Assembly (NCBI GenBank): GCA_965222225.1
Contig: CBDCTK010000002.1
Coordinates: 2,176,001 to 2,240,000, forward strand
Direction: 5' to 3'
Length of the DNA stretch: 64,000 nucleotides
From: Candidatus Poribacteria bacterium
Lineage (GTDB): Bacteria; Poribacteria; WGA-4E; JAJDTR01
The notes under the pieces were generated by a model. It searched no databases. It was given only the letters and a program-made list of their open reading frames with translations, and was not told the origin of the DNA. A program made the translations under genes and the position numbers. Shown here one piece after another: positions 27,115 to 37,874 of this stretch. Numbering within the stretch: position 1 is the stretch's first letter; every line of letters begins with the position of its first letter.

Positions 27115-28014
27115 ATGATTCAACTCAGAAATATAACTACGATTATCGCATTGGCATTTGCGCTTGTCTGGATGTCCGGGTGTGGAGGCTGTAACCCCGA
27201 ACCACTGCCATCGGGCATGAGTCCCACGGAAGGGCCCGAAACAGGCGGGACGACCGTGCGGATTAGTGGCGAGAAGTTCGACATGAAAAACGGCGTCACC
27301 GTTACCTTTGACGACAAGAGCGCCCAAAGCGTAACCGTTCCAAGCAAGACCGAGATTACCGCTGTAACCCCCGCCGGAACCGCAGGCGAGTCTGTGGCAG
27401 TCGTTGTGACCAACAAGAAGAAAGTGGAGAAACCGGCAACGCTTTCGCAGAAGTTCACCTATACCGATGCGACACCGTCGACCGTGACCTCGGTAGATCC
27501 GCCAGACGGCACGCTGATCTCCGAATATGAGGATTCGCTTAACGTGAGAAACACCGTCTCATTTACGTTTAGTGAAGACGTGGATAGCATGAGCGGGATG
27601 ATATCCGTCATGGTCGAGTCAACGCCCGAGTCGATCAGTAAAGAATCGGGAACCGTTGCAGGCAGCGTGAGCGGCGCGGGAAACATGGTCACGTTTACAT
27701 CCGATGAACCGATGCGGGCAGGTCGCAAGTATATGGTAACTGTGTCAGATTTCAAAGACGCAAAGGGCAACGCTCAAACAGCCAGCTACAGTTCTAGTTT
27801 CTCAGTCTCTTATCCGGAAAAGGTTCGCAAATATCGAGTTCGACAAGGCGAAACACTACCGATGATCGCCGGACGTCCCGAAGTTTACGACGACGCCAAC
27901 CTCTGGTCAAGATTGGTCGAAGCGAACCAGGACGACTCCGATTTTAATCCACAGCGTCTGAAAGCGGGCTTAATGCTGTGGGTGCCGGATCGAGGACAAG
28001 CGTGGGGAGACTAA
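27115..28014 (+). CDS. Lipoprotein with IPT/TIG, Ig-like (Big_5) and LysM domains
   Basis: Lipobox MSGC; SPTEGPETGGTTVRISG (IPT); FTFSEDVD (Ig); YRVRQGETL..IA..Y....LW..L..AN (LysM). Confidence 0.8.
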   Translation: MIQLRNITTIIALAFALVWMSGCGGCNPEPLPSGMSPTEGPETGGTTVRISGEKFDMKNGVTVTFDDKSAQSVTVPSKTEITAVTPAGTAGESVAVVVTNKKKVEKPATLSQKFTYTDATPSTVTSVDPPDGTLISEYEDSLNVRNTVSFTFSEDVDSMSGMISVMVESTPESISKESGTVAGSVSGAGNMVTFTSDEPMRAGRKYMVTVSDFKDAKGNAQTASYSSSFSVSYPEKVRKYRVRQGETLPMIAGRPEVYDDANLWSRLVEANQDDSDFNPQRLKAGLMLWVPDRGQAWGD

Positions 28015-28091
28015 ACGCGTAAACGCCCGGCTCTTCACGCGAACATGCCATAATGTGTTTCTAGTGTGTTAACGTACTCTTGAGCGAGTTG

Positions 28092-28119
28092 AAGGAGGGG
28101 TTAGCTCCCCCTCCTTTTT
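28092..28119 (+). terminator. Rho-independent terminator
   Basis: AAGGAGGGG-TTAGCT-CCCCCTCCTTTTT between convergent genes. Confidence 0.75.
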
Positions 28120-28150
28120 CATCAGGAGATGTTTCCCCTGATAACGTGCC

Positions 28151-29287
28151 CTACCGTTTGTAGCCCGTCAATTCGACATAGCCACGGCCTTTTGAGGGCT
28201 GTCCGCTGATTGTTCCCTCCACTGATACGGCGCCCTCCCAATACATAAAACCGCTGGATAGTTCCTGATTTGGAATTAGCGGATCTATGCGCAATTCAAT
28301 ACCTAGAGACGGAAAATCCACCTGCCAGCCGGAAGGATAGGTAATTTCGGTCTCCGGACTTCTCCAACTCCCTGTCGCCGCGACTGTGAAGTCCCCCGGT
28401 TGGATTGGAATCTGCCGCCCATCAGCATGCGATACCGTTCCTTCAAAGATGCCGACATCGCCGCCTTCGCTCTCCCGCAATCGACCAAACATCAGTGCGA
28501 TGCCATCGTCGAGTTGCAGTCCGAACCAATCCCAACCAACCACACCTTTGCTGAGCGCGCTTGTCCCAAACTCGTGATCCATCCAACTCTTTCCCGTAAC
28601 GTTATGCTTTTCTCCACGACTGACAATTGTGCCCTCTGTATCCAATCCGACGAGACTGTAGTAGTGATTCGCGTTCCCGCGCTCGGGTCCCTTCTGACTT
28701 AGTCCCTGCCCCCCGTGCAACAAAGGCAGACGTGTTTCTCGCAGGCTCAAATCGATTGCGATACGCGGTTCAATCTGGTCGTCAACTGCCCGCAAACGAA
28801 AAACACTCGTACTATCCTGAGATACCGACCAATCCTCAAGCCAAACCTCGTAAGTCGGCGCCCCCTGTGCTCCAGCCAATCCGCCTGCGCCGCGGCTATA
28901 TCGTTCAAAACTCGTGTGCGTCTTTGCCTTAACGTCGGTTAGGGCGAAATGTGCCATGTAAATCTGATTCGTTCCCAGACGCGATTTTCGCACGGGCATC
29001 TTTGCCGCCAGCGCCCTTCGGAAAAAGGTGAGTTGGTAACCGAACTCTCTCCCGTTATCCGTTTTCAGGTTGCCCGTATAATACCACCACTCGGTTTTGT
29101 AATCGGGATGCGGTCCGTGATCCTTGGGAAACACGAGATTCATCGGTTCAACTGCACGAGCAAACCCCTCTCCGCTATCGCCGCTTAGTATCTCAACGAT
29201 GTTTTGTTGGCTTGTGTCTCCTTTAGCGTGGGCAAAGTGACTTAAGGCGAGAATAATTGTTGTGAAAAGTGTGAGCGGTTTGTTCAT
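28151..29287 (-). CDS. Lipocalin-like AttH/CrtC-type secreted protein
   Basis: FPKDHGPHP.YKTEWWYYTG, SWMDHE, GWDWF, YWEGAV, GYVELTGY. Confidence 0.85.
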   Translation of the reverse strand: MNKPLTLFTTIILALSHFAHAKGDTSQQNIVEILSGDSGEGFARAVEPMNLVFPKDHGPHPDYKTEWWYYTGNLKTDNGREFGYQLTFFRRALAAKMPVRKSRLGTNQIYMAHFALTDVKAKTHTSFERYSRGAGGLAGAQGAPTYEVWLEDWSVSQDSTSVFRLRAVDDQIEPRIAIDLSLRETRLPLLHGGQGLSQKGPERGNANHYYSLVGLDTEGTIVSRGEKHNVTGKSWMDHEFGTSALSKGVVGWDWFGLQLDDGIALMFGRLRESEGGDVGIFEGTVSHADGRQIPIQPGDFTVAATGSWRSPETEITYPSGWQVDFPSLGIELRIDPLIPNQELSSGFMYWEGAVSVEGTISGQPSKGRGYVELTGYKR

Positions 29288-29332
29288 CTGCTACGAGTGA
29301 GTTTCGGTATTAAGATAGCGCAAGCTGTCAGT

Positions 29333-29512
29333 TGTCGCCCCGCTGGGGCTTTGTAAGGCTGGTGCACTCGTCCTACAGGGATGATGGTTACAGAAACCAA
29401 TCTGTATCATCAAATCGAAGATGAAATCTTCTCCAGTTTGCGACAAAAGCCCCGGAGGGGCTTTATTACGTTGCTGTTTTCGCGGCTATATACCTGTCGC
29501 GCCGCTGGCGCT
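29333..29512 (-). repeat. AGCCCCAGCGGGGCGACAGGTGTATAGC-type palindromic repeats (empty copies)
   Basis: TGTCGCCCCGCTGGGGCT at 29333-29350; GCTATATACCTGTCGCGCCGCTGGCGCT at 29485-29512; homologous to 14524-14551. Confidence 0.75.
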
Positions 29513-29626
29513 ATGGGGTGTAGGGTCACGGTTACCATATTTAGAAATCTGGTTTTCAAGAAAAAACGAAGACTCCTGCTTCGATTTGACGATTGAAAAT
29601 CTTCGCTGGAGCGAAAAAGTGCGGGA

Positions 29627-29666
29627 TTCCCTTCCCTCCTTCCAATCTTCCTTCCCTTCCAGTCCC
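29627..29666. repeat. CTTCC/GGAAG pyrimidine-purine microrepeat
   Basis: TTCCCTTCCCTCCTTCCAATCTTCCTTCCCTTCCAG; related to 44073-44133. Confidence 0.6.
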
Positions 29667-29667
29667 A

Positions 29668-32235
29668 TTACTCAGTTCTCAACGCCTCGGCGGGCTGCAT
29701 CTGTCCCATGCGCCACGCGGGATAAATACTTGCCAACAACGCGGAAACAAGTGCGACCAAGAATGCAAGAGTAAATTGGGAAGGTTGTAACTGCATCTGC
29801 AGCGTCCATCCGAAAGAACGCAGATTGATGATGTAAATCAGAATGGTCGCAAGAACCAGACCGGTAGGCATCGCGATTAATCCGGCGATGGCGCCCATCA
29901 ATCCCGTTTCGAGGAGCGTTAATCTTGATAATTGACTGCGCGTGATGCCGATAGACCGTAGAGTGCCAATCTCACGCGTCCGCTCCAGTTGCAAACTCAT
30001 CAACGCCGAAAGCACTCCGATAAACGCAACCACTGCCGCGAGCATTTGCAGTGCAACGAAGATGCTGAACGTACGGTCAAACACTGCAAGCGCATTAGCC
30101 CTCAGCGCCCGATTTGAACGAATGACCAGATCCAGTTTGCCCGCCAAAGCGGATTTGAGCGCTCCAATTTTCTCGTCAATATCAACGCCGGGCTCGACAA
30201 TTAGTGCGGCAGACGAGAGGTGCGGATCGTCCCAATAGCTGCGGTAGACGGCATCATACATCATCACTCCCGGTCGGACATCGAAATCGTAAGCCACACC
30301 AACAATCTTAAAGGATATCTCGCCTTTATCTGTGAGAAGCGTTATCGTATCGCCGAGGGAGCGTTTGTATCGGTTTGCCAACGGTTCGTTGACAATGAGC
30401 CCACCCGCTCGGAATGCGTCCCACGTTTCGGCGTGATTTCCGAGGGCGGATTTGTAGTGGCGATTTCCCCCCGCAATGTCCTGAGTGACGGCGCTCAAGG
30501 TAATACACCCCATGCCTGTGGCATCAATTTCAACACTTCTAGCCGTGGCAACTTGGGCGATACCCGGAAACGTCTCAAACAGCTTGAGGGCGCCCGGATC
30601 GAGCCTCTCCGTCATCTGGCTATTGGCGATTACCGGCGGCGTGACGAAGATGTCCGCCCCCAGTAGGTCTGTCAGCCAACGTTCAACGGTCAATCGGAAG
30701 CTCCCAATCATGACGCTCACACCGACAATCACACTCACGGCAATCATGAGTGCGGCAACCGCGGTGGAGGTTCGGCTCAATGCGCGATCGATGTCTCGAA
30801 TTGCCATATTGCCCAGAATCGGAAGCCTTCGGCGCAGCCAACGAGTTGTCGCTAACGCGGTAAATCCGCGCATGAACGCTGGCGTCAGGAGCGCCATCCC
30901 GACCAGTACGGCAAGCACCCCTAGGAACGTGAGTCCGAGATGCCATTCGGGGAGCAGCAAGCTCGCACCGAGTAACAACGCAGCGACACCAGCGATGCTA
31001 ATCCAGCGGAGCGAGCGGCGTGTTCGGGATTCGATAGCGCTCCTCTGGAGCGTGCTGAGGGGAGATACTCGCGTCGCCTCAAACGCCGGCATTAAGGCTC
31101 CAATCATCGCCGCCGCGATACCGAACAGCCCACCTTTCAGGAGCATCAACAATGAAACATCGATCTCGCGTACACTGCTGACAAAAAACAGATCGTTGAT
31201 GCTGGTTGTTATCATTCCAATCGCGCCACGGCTAAGGAAGATTCCCAATCCAACGCCGAGAATCGCGCCGGCAATACCGAGCACAGTCGCCTCGGCAAGA
31301 ATCATGGCGAAGATTTCGCGGCGTGTCATCCCGATGGCGCGCAACCGTCCAATCACCGCACGTCGCTGAATAACGCTAAACGAGACGGTGTTGTAGATTA
31401 GAAACATACCCACCACCAAGGCTAACAAACTCAGCGCTGTCAGATTCAGCCGAAAGGCTTTTGTCATCTCAATGACCGCGCCGCGGCGCGCATCCGGGCT
31501 TTCGATGCGAGCGCCGGGCGGAAGCACCGATTCGATGCGTTCGAGTGCTTTGGTATTCGACGGGGCCTCCGGCAGGATGAGGTCAATTCGGTCCAGCTTT
31601 CCAATTTTGGCAAATACTTCTTGCGCAGTGGCAATGTCGGTTATCAGCAAATCTTTCAAGGAGCGTCGAATTCGCCTATCTTCGGACGCAATGACATCGA
31701 CAATTCGTAGTTTGCGCTGGTAACTCCCAACCTGAATCTCCAAGTTCTGGCCTATGGCAAGCTGATATTCATCACTGACATTTGCCCCTATTAGCACCGT
31801 GTTCGGTTCCGCCATGAACGCGCTAAACGACTTTTGATTTAACGTCGCAATCTTTGCGGTGCCAAGTTCCTCGCGAAAAGGTCGTTCAGCGAAACTATCG
31901 ACGCCGAGCAAGCGCATCGGTTGCCCGTTAAGCGTCTTCACCTTGACATATCCCTCAACGATAGGGGCGCTCTTGCGGTAACCGAGTTCTCGCCGGATTT
32001 GAAGATAGACACTCTCGTCCACTCCGTTCGGACCTCCGACAATCTGATGCGTTGCCTTGCCAACAACGGCGTTTGTACTGATGGTGAACGCCCGATTTGC
32101 CGACGAGTTGGCAAGGTCAATGGCAATAATCATGGCGACGCCGATGGACACACCTACGATAAAAAACAGACTTTGAAGAGGACGACGCCATGCACCTCCC
32201 CAAGCCAACCGAAGCAAGGTTCTCAGATTTCTCAC
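29668..32235 (-). CDS. FtsX/MacB-like ABC transporter permease (duplicated MacB_PCD-FtsX)
   Basis: LALVVGMFLIYNT..SV.QRR..IG.LRAIG and ERTREIGTLRSIG. Confidence 0.9.
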   Translation of the reverse strand: MRNLRTLLRLAWGGAWRRPLQSLFFIVGVSIGVAMIIAIDLANSSANRAFTISTNAVVGKATHQIVGGPNGVDESVYLQIRRELGYRKSAPIVEGYVKVKTLNGQPMRLLGVDSFAERPFREELGTAKIATLNQKSFSAFMAEPNTVLIGANVSDEYQLAIGQNLEIQVGSYQRKLRIVDVIASEDRRIRRSLKDLLITDIATAQEVFAKIGKLDRIDLILPEAPSNTKALERIESVLPPGARIESPDARRGAVIEMTKAFRLNLTALSLLALVVGMFLIYNTVSFSVIQRRAVIGRLRAIGMTRREIFAMILAEATVLGIAGAILGVGLGIFLSRGAIGMITTSINDLFFVSSVREIDVSLLMLLKGGLFGIAAAMIGALMPAFEATRVSPLSTLQRSAIESRTRRSLRWISIAGVAALLLGASLLLPEWHLGLTFLGVLAVLVGMALLTPAFMRGFTALATTRWLRRRLPILGNMAIRDIDRALSRTSTAVAALMIAVSVIVGVSVMIGSFRLTVERWLTDLLGADIFVTPPVIANSQMTERLDPGALKLFETFPGIAQVATARSVEIDATGMGCITLSAVTQDIAGGNRHYKSALGNHAETWDAFRAGGLIVNEPLANRYKRSLGDTITLLTDKGEISFKIVGVAYDFDVRPGVMMYDAVYRSYWDDPHLSSAALIVEPGVDIDEKIGALKSALAGKLDLVIRSNRALRANALAVFDRTFSIFVALQMLAAVVAFIGVLSALMSLQLERTREIGTLRSIGITRSQLSRLTLLETGLMGAIAGLIAMPTGLVLATILIYIINLRSFGWTLQMQLQPSQFTLAFLVALVSALLASIYPAWRMGQMQPAEALRTE

Positions 32236-32245
32236 GTTGCCGATA

Positions 32246-32956
32246 TTATCCCCTATGCAAGTTCAGTTTTCCGCCGTCAATGTGAAACACACGGTCTGCT
32301 CGCTCCGCGATTTCAGTTGCATGGGTTGCCATCACCAAGGCTTTGCCAGCGGTTCGGCTCAGTCGCAGCAGCAGCGAGAGGACGGATTCACTCGTTTCGG
32401 CGTCCAGATTACCGGTCGGCTCATCTGCGAGCACAAATTGCGGATTATGCACTAGAGCACGAGCGATAGCTACCCGTTGCTGTTCACCACCACTCAATTT
32501 GTCGGGATAGGTTTCCGTCCGCGCACCGAGACCAACGGCATCTAGCAAGGAAGCCGCAGACTTATGAGCGTCCCTTTTGCCCATCAAGTTTACGGGTAGC
32601 GTAACGTTTTCAATTACAGTCAGTGTCGGTATGAGATTGAAGAATTGGAAAACGAAACCGATATGATTCCGTCGGAACAGGGTGCGTTCGCGCTCCGTCA
32701 AGCGATTGAGTGCGATTTCCCCGTCAGATGTTCGAATAAGGACATCACCGTCGCTAGGCGCGTCAATGCCAGCGATGAGGTTGAGGAGGGTACTCTTGCC
32801 GCTGCCGGATTTCCCGTGCAGGCAGACGAATTCACCCCCATAGAACTCCTCGGTAATTCCGTCCAGCACGATATGATGTTGGTCGCCTTCCCTGTATATT
32901 TTTCTCAAACCGTTGAGGCGTATGAGCGGTTTGTGGGCTGAATTGCTTTCCCGCAT
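32246..32956 (-). CDS. ABC transporter ATP-binding protein (LolD/MacB-like)
   Basis: [32 protein letters not shown]. Confidence 0.93.
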   Translation of the reverse strand: MRESNSAHKPLIRLNGLRKIYREGDQHHIVLDGITEEFYGGEFVCLHGKSGSGKSTLLNLIAGIDAPSDGDVLIRTSDGEIALNRLTERERTLFRRNHIGFVFQFFNLIPTLTVIENVTLPVNLMGKRDAHKSAASLLDAVGLGARTETYPDKLSGGEQQRVAIARALVHNPQFVLADEPTGNLDAETSESVLSLLLRLSRTAGKALVMATHATEIAERADRVFHIDGGKLNLHRG

Positions 32957-32973
32957 TAGGAACCTCACTAGAC

Positions 32974-33011
32974 GATCTCTATGGGATTAGCTATCGCGCT
33001 CGCTTAACCGT
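32974..33011 (-). repeat. Partial GATCAA..GCGATAG unit in a short intergenic gap
   Basis: Minus strand ACGGTTAAGCGAGCGCGATAGCTAATCCCATAGAGATC. Confidence 0.55.
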
Positions 33012-36000
33012 TCAGTCCGTTTTTAACGCCGGAAGTAGTGGAGCGCACAGCACAAAAAAGACGGCAACGGCGCTAGCTATCACCCCCACAAGAAACACGA
33101 TGCCCAAGGTCGCCGCGAGGGAGACCCACGGAACATGGCTGCCGGGAGCAAGTATGTGCGGTGCAACGGCAATCAACGCGGAAACGGCGCCGATTGCCAT
33201 ACCGGTCAGAAGAAGAAACGCGTTCTCTATCAGGAGCATCGCGGACAGTGTTAACCGGCGAAAACCAATTGCGCGCAGGGTCGCCAATTCACCGCGCCGC
33301 TCAATCGCATTCCTCAGAAGAATCAAGCCCAGACCTAATGTCCCGAGCAGTAGTCCGAAACCACCAAGCGTCTGAAACGTAGAAAGATAGGTATTTTCGA
33401 CCGTTCTGTAGTTGGCTAGTTTTTCGGCGGTTGAGGTTACATCGAAACCGTGATCGCGAAGCACATTTTCAAGCACCTGCGTCACCTCCTCCGCGGCTTC
33501 GGGAGGCGTTTGGATTAGGAAAGACCTATGCCCGCTCTGGCTCGGAAAGTATTTGGTAAAATTGGCTTCGGAGATTAACAGTTCACTCTGGAAGATGCTG
33601 CCTCGCAAAAGTCCTACGAGCCGGAGCTTTAACGGTTCGCCCAATTCGTCCCGGATGATGAGATCTTTGCCAAGCCCAAGGTGTAAAATCCACATCACCG
33701 AATTATAATCTCCGATAGCCGGGACCGCCCCTTCTCCAAGTTCCTCGTATAGAAGGCGCCACGGTGCCTCCTCTTCGTTCACTCTTGACTGAAATTGGAA
33801 ACCGCCCCGTGCAATGAGATTATCGGAAACACCCCATACCCGAGGATTTTGGGGTTGATAGAGGTTCAGACAGCTCGCATCCTCGCCCGGGAGAACGCGA
33901 AGTGGAATAATTCGGGATTGAGCCAATGCCGCCTCATCTCGGTCCGAGAAACCCAATTCAAACCTTCCGGCTTCAGAGTTCAAGTCATGATGCAGCGGGA
34001 CGTCCGCCTCGGCGACCAGCGTAAACCCCCCTGTACCGGAGGTGCGCTCCAGAGATGAGTTGTGTCCGCTATTAACGTGTCGATTTGCGCCGACTGCAAC
34101 GATGACGAAACAGGCGCAACTAACCAGTGCCGCACAAAGCATACTACGCCCGGGACGACGTGCGCAATTTCGAATGCCTATTCGCGCGATGCCACCTCTT
34201 GAACTCGACGCTTCGGACGCCCCATCCAACTTCAACCATAAAGCAAGAAAGGAGAATCCCGCAATCAATAGAAGCGTCCCGATAGCGAAAAAGAGCGTCG
34301 GTGATGATGATGCTTCGGTAATCAACGCAAACAGCAAAAGCGCCAGAGCAATCCCAATCGTTGCAAAAGCAAAGATGCGCACCACACGTCCCGATGCTTT
34401 TTCTTCAAGCTCAGTTGCCCCGGCGACTAACGAGCGAATCGAGATTTTGCCCAGCCGTCGGATTGTCCATCCGATTGAAGCAAGAACGACAACAATGGAA
34501 ATCAAGTAGCCGAGTAGCAGGTTCAACCAATTGAGGTGAAGTGACAGGAACTGCGTTCCCACCGCTGCCACCCACCACGTCCGCAATCCTGTCATCATCA
34601 ACCAGGCATAGCCGATTGCTCCAACCAATCCTATCGCACCGCCGATTCCAGCTAGGATACCCGCCTCCCTCATGAAACGCCAACGTACCGTGGACAGCGG
34701 ATAGCCCGAAGTCAATAGAATCCCGATTTCGCCCGCTCGTCCTTCGACGCCAAGTCTAAAGAGCAATCCCACGAGTAGCGCGGCAGAGATGATGAGAAAG
34801 AGACTAAATCCGATAAACAGCATACTGAAGTCGGTGGCGCCTGAAGCGGCTTCCAAGCCTTGCGCCTTCACCGGCTGGAATACGAACCCGAATTGCTCAG
34901 GGGCAGCCATTTCCCGTAACTGTTCATGGAAAACCCTTTGGGTAGTCTGGAGATTTTCACCCGGATTTGCTCCGAAACGAATTGCCGTTAGGCTGCCAAA
35001 CTGACTGCTCCATAACCGATAGCCCGTCGCGGCAGAAACAAAAGCCTTGGGCGTCGCGCCGAATTCATCCCAATACGCTTCATCTCTAGGACGAATTCGA
35101 TTAAAATCGACCGGGAATGGCGCGTCCCATTCGGACATGTCATCCGCGTCATGCACCCCCGGAAAGTTTGGCGTCAATTCCCGATCTGCGGCTAGCCCCG
35201 TTAGGGCAATAACACCCTTTAGACGAAATTCTGCGTACTTTGTCAAAAACTGTTCGTTGCGCCCAATGACGTAATAACTCACATCAATCCTATCCCCGGT
35301 CTGTGCCTTTAATTCGCTCGCCGCCCATTCGTTGAGTAGAATTTCATGGTCACCGAGTCGCACGGCGTGAAACAGGACTTGATTGTCCGGTTGTCCGCCC
35401 GTTTGCACCCGCATCTGCTCATTCACGCCAAGCGCCGTAATGGTCGAGTAGGGAACTGACTTCCCATTCGCCGAGATCCCATTCGCCAAGTAGGTCATGA
35501 CGGTAGTCACAGGAATTTCGTTCTCGGCTGCGACAGTCTTTGCCAATTTTATGATGTTCGGTTTGAGAACGAACTGGGAGGTTTCAAGGGAGAAATAGCC
35601 GACGGAGCGTCGGAGCGTCAAGCCGAAGTCATCCAGCTTTAATAGCTGCCGAAGTTTTTCCCCCAATCGCTCCGTTGCGTCAGTGGCGGGAATCGCGGGC
35701 GATGAAATTAGAATTGCGTTGACTTTCGCTTCCTGCCCCAAGGCTTTCTGCAAAACAGGTAGGGAAACATAGGCATTGAATGGAAGACTTTGATTGGGGC
35801 GGAGACCGAATCGCCCAACGCCTAAATTTGGGACAATTTTCGCCACGGTGAGCCGGAGGGTTTGCACGACATCCGATGTATCTCGACGACCAAGCAGAGA
35901 TTCGGGATGAATATCGTTTTGCTTCTGAAAAGAGATGAGAAGCGTGCCTCCAACCTCGACGTTGAGTTCCTTTTTGAGGGATTGGTTAATAATGACCGAT

Positions 36001-36413
36001 GGGAAGAGTTGCCTCGGTTGCTTTTTCAGGAAATCGCCTAGATTACCTGTTTCAGAGGTTGACCAGAAGTCCAAAAAATCCTCATCAATTCCCTGGATTT
36101 GGACGCGCGACGCCCTGGTCTTGGTAGTCGCGTTAACCGCGGGGCCGCTCAACAGCATTGCAGGTACAACGCGGTCATATCCTTCGTCTGTCGTCAGGTA
36201 GGCTGACAAATCCGCCGTGAGTGTTTCTCGAAAGAAGCGCTCTGATAGCATCACATGGTCAATTTTGCCTAACCGATCCAGTGTTAGCTCTCGTAGGCTT
36301 CCGCGAACGGAATCACCGACCAGAAGCGCGCCGGTGAGAACTGCTGTCGCCACGGCGGCACTGAGCAATACGGCGAGATGAATTTGCCAGAAATGGATTA
36401 GACTTCGGCGCAT
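33012..36413 (-). CDS. Large FtsX-like ABC transporter permease
   Basis: TAVLTGALLVGDSVRGSL, R..EIGIL...G, ERRGELATLRAIG; multiple TM blocks. Confidence 0.88.
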   Translation of the reverse strand: MRRSLIHFWQIHLAVLLSAAVATAVLTGALLVGDSVRGSLRELTLDRLGKIDHVMLSERFFRETLTADLSAYLTTDEGYDRVVPAMLLSGPAVNATTKTRASRVQIQGIDEDFLDFWSTSETGNLGDFLKKQPRQLFPSVIINQSLKKELNVEVGGTLLISFQKQNDIHPESLLGRRDTSDVVQTLRLTVAKIVPNLGVGRFGLRPNQSLPFNAYVSLPVLQKALGQEAKVNAILISSPAIPATDATERLGEKLRQLLKLDDFGLTLRRSVGYFSLETSQFVLKPNIIKLAKTVAAENEIPVTTVMTYLANGISANGKSVPYSTITALGVNEQMRVQTGGQPDNQVLFHAVRLGDHEILLNEWAASELKAQTGDRIDVSYYVIGRNEQFLTKYAEFRLKGVIALTGLAADRELTPNFPGVHDADDMSEWDAPFPVDFNRIRPRDEAYWDEFGATPKAFVSAATGYRLWSSQFGSLTAIRFGANPGENLQTTQRVFHEQLREMAAPEQFGFVFQPVKAQGLEAASGATDFSMLFIGFSLFLIISAALLVGLLFRLGVEGRAGEIGILLTSGYPLSTVRWRFMREAGILAGIGGAIGLVGAIGYAWLMMTGLRTWWVAAVGTQFLSLHLNWLNLLLGYLISIVVVLASIGWTIRRLGKISIRSLVAGATELEEKASGRVVRIFAFATIGIALALLLFALITEASSSPTLFFAIGTLLLIAGFSFLALWLKLDGASEASSSRGGIARIGIRNCARRPGRSMLCAALVSCACFVIVAVGANRHVNSGHNSSLERTSGTGGFTLVAEADVPLHHDLNSEAGRFELGFSDRDEAALAQSRIIPLRVLPGEDASCLNLYQPQNPRVWGVSDNLIARGGFQFQSRVNEEEAPWRLLYEELGEGAVPAIGDYNSVMWILHLGLGKDLIIRDELGEPLKLRLVGLLRGSIFQSELLISEANFTKYFPSQSGHRSFLIQTPPEAAEEVTQVLENVLRDHGFDVTSTAEKLANYRTVENTYLSTFQTLGGFGLLLGTLGLGLILLRNAIERRGELATLRAIGFRRLTLSAMLLIENAFLLLTGMAIGAVSALIAVAPHILAPGSHVPWVSLAATLGIVFLVGVIASAVAVFFVLCAPLLPALKTD

Positions 36414-36526
36414 GAAAAGAGCTTTTGCGAATTGCGCATCAGGTTTCGTCAGATGGTCGGTTTTGCACTACAGGAATACAATAGCTGACAATGGTCGGGT
36501 AATCTTTAGGACTTAATGTCTTCATC

Positions 36527-37228
36527 TCAAACCTGTCCCGCGTGCCCTTCAATTCTGCCATTTACCAACTCAAATCGGCGTTCAAAGCGCTCCGCAAGTT
36601 CAAGGTTGTGCGTCACCACAATCAAGATATTTTGCTCGGCTTGGTGAAGTTCAAAGAGGAGGGAGGTGACTGTATCTGCTGTTGAACGGTCGAGATTTCC
36701 CGTCGGCTCATCGCAGAGGAGAAGGCTCGGCTTATTCATAAGCGCACGAGCCACGGCGACACGTTGACATTCGCCGCCGGAAAGCGCCGCCGGACGATGG
36801 CTCAATCGGTGAGAGAGACCGACGCCTTCAAGTAACATTCTGGCCCTACTTTCGACATGCTCATTGCGCCGATTAAACGCCAAAGTGGGTATCAAGACAT
36901 TTTCCAGAACCGAATATTGGGGTAGAAGGTGATGGTCCTGAAAAACAAACCCAATAACTTCGTTTCGAAATCTTGCCAACCGTGGTTCCGAGAGTCCAAA
37001 CGGGCTTTCACCGTTGATTTCAATCGTGCCGGCGGAAGGTGTGTCCAGCGTACCTATCAGGTGTAACAGCGTGCTCTTTCCTGAGCCGGAGGGACCGGTT
37101 AGGGCAAGCCTCTGCCCTTGAGTCATCTCGAACGAGACGCCGCGAAGGACTTCGACGGAACGTGCCGCGCTACCGAAGTTCTTATGGATTTCCGACACTT
37201 TGAGGGAAGTAAGATTTGATGTTGCCAT
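36527..37228 (-). CDS. ABC transporter ATP-binding protein (LolD-like)
   Basis: [32 protein letters not shown]. Confidence 0.93.
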   Translation of the reverse strand: MATSNLTSLKVSEIHKNFGSAARSVEVLRGVSFEMTQGQRLALTGPSGSGKSTLLHLIGTLDTPSAGTIEINGESPFGLSEPRLARFRNEVIGFVFQDHHLLPQYSVLENVLIPTLAFNRRNEHVESRARMLLEGVGLSHRLSHRPAALSGGECQRVAVARALMNKPSLLLCDEPTGNLDRSTADTVTSLLFELHQAEQNILIVVTHNLELAERFERRFELVNGRIEGHAGQV

Positions 37229-37312
37229 CTTTCACGGAGAGACATGAAGTCGCGCAGATGGATTTGGGAGTATCTTCGTACTACGCAGAAGGCTCCCATT
37301 TGCAGAGTGCAT

Positions 37313-37756
37313 TCAGACCATCCGTGGAGGACTCGGGGCTTCTTCAATTTGGTTTGCGATAAAGTCGGGGATTGGGATGGCTTTCATTTTTTCGCCCGGA
37401 TTACAGGTACAACACGCCGTTCGCATCTGACCACGCGCAATCTGGACATCATCTTTGGTAAACACAAATTGGTACGTCATAGATTTGCGCCCTTTTCTCG
37501 AAATCATCAGATTAATATCCAAGGTATCCTCAAACTTAACGGGATTCAAGTATTCACACGATGCCGACAGTCTTGGCCAACCAATCTTGTTTCCTTCCCA
37601 TTCTGCTGCAACGCTGGTTCCCAATGAACGCAGAAATTCATGTTCAGCGGTTTCCATGAAAACAAAAAATCGAGAAAAATGGGCAATACCGGCCATGTCG
37701 GTATCGGAAAATTCTATCTGCCGTTTTGTCCGATATTCATAGGGCATGACATTCAA
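37313..37756 (-). CDS. Acyl-CoA thioesterase (4HBT/YbgC hotdog family)
   Basis: IEFSDTDMAGIAHF..F...E.AE motif. Confidence 0.9.
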   Translation of the reverse strand: MNVMPYEYRTKRQIEFSDTDMAGIAHFSRFFVFMETAEHEFLRSLGTSVAAEWEGNKIGWPRLSASCEYLNPVKFEDTLDINLMISRKGRKSMTYQFVFTKDDVQIARGQMRTACCTCNPGEKMKAIPIPDFIANQIEEAPSPPRMV

Positions 37757-37874
37757 TCACAAGGGGGGTAGTTAATCAGAGTTGAGTTCCTCAGCGATCA
37801 AGGTTGGGCGAAGGAACGCTGAAGGTGATGTAGCGCGTATGCCGAAATTTATCAATCCTGTTTCCGGCGGTAAC

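Noticed and set aside
3981-31369. Long antisense ORFs such as 3981-4712, 5532-6140, 13451-14107, 18386-19039 and 30485-31369
   Set aside because: Shadow frames of well-supported genes on the opposite strand.
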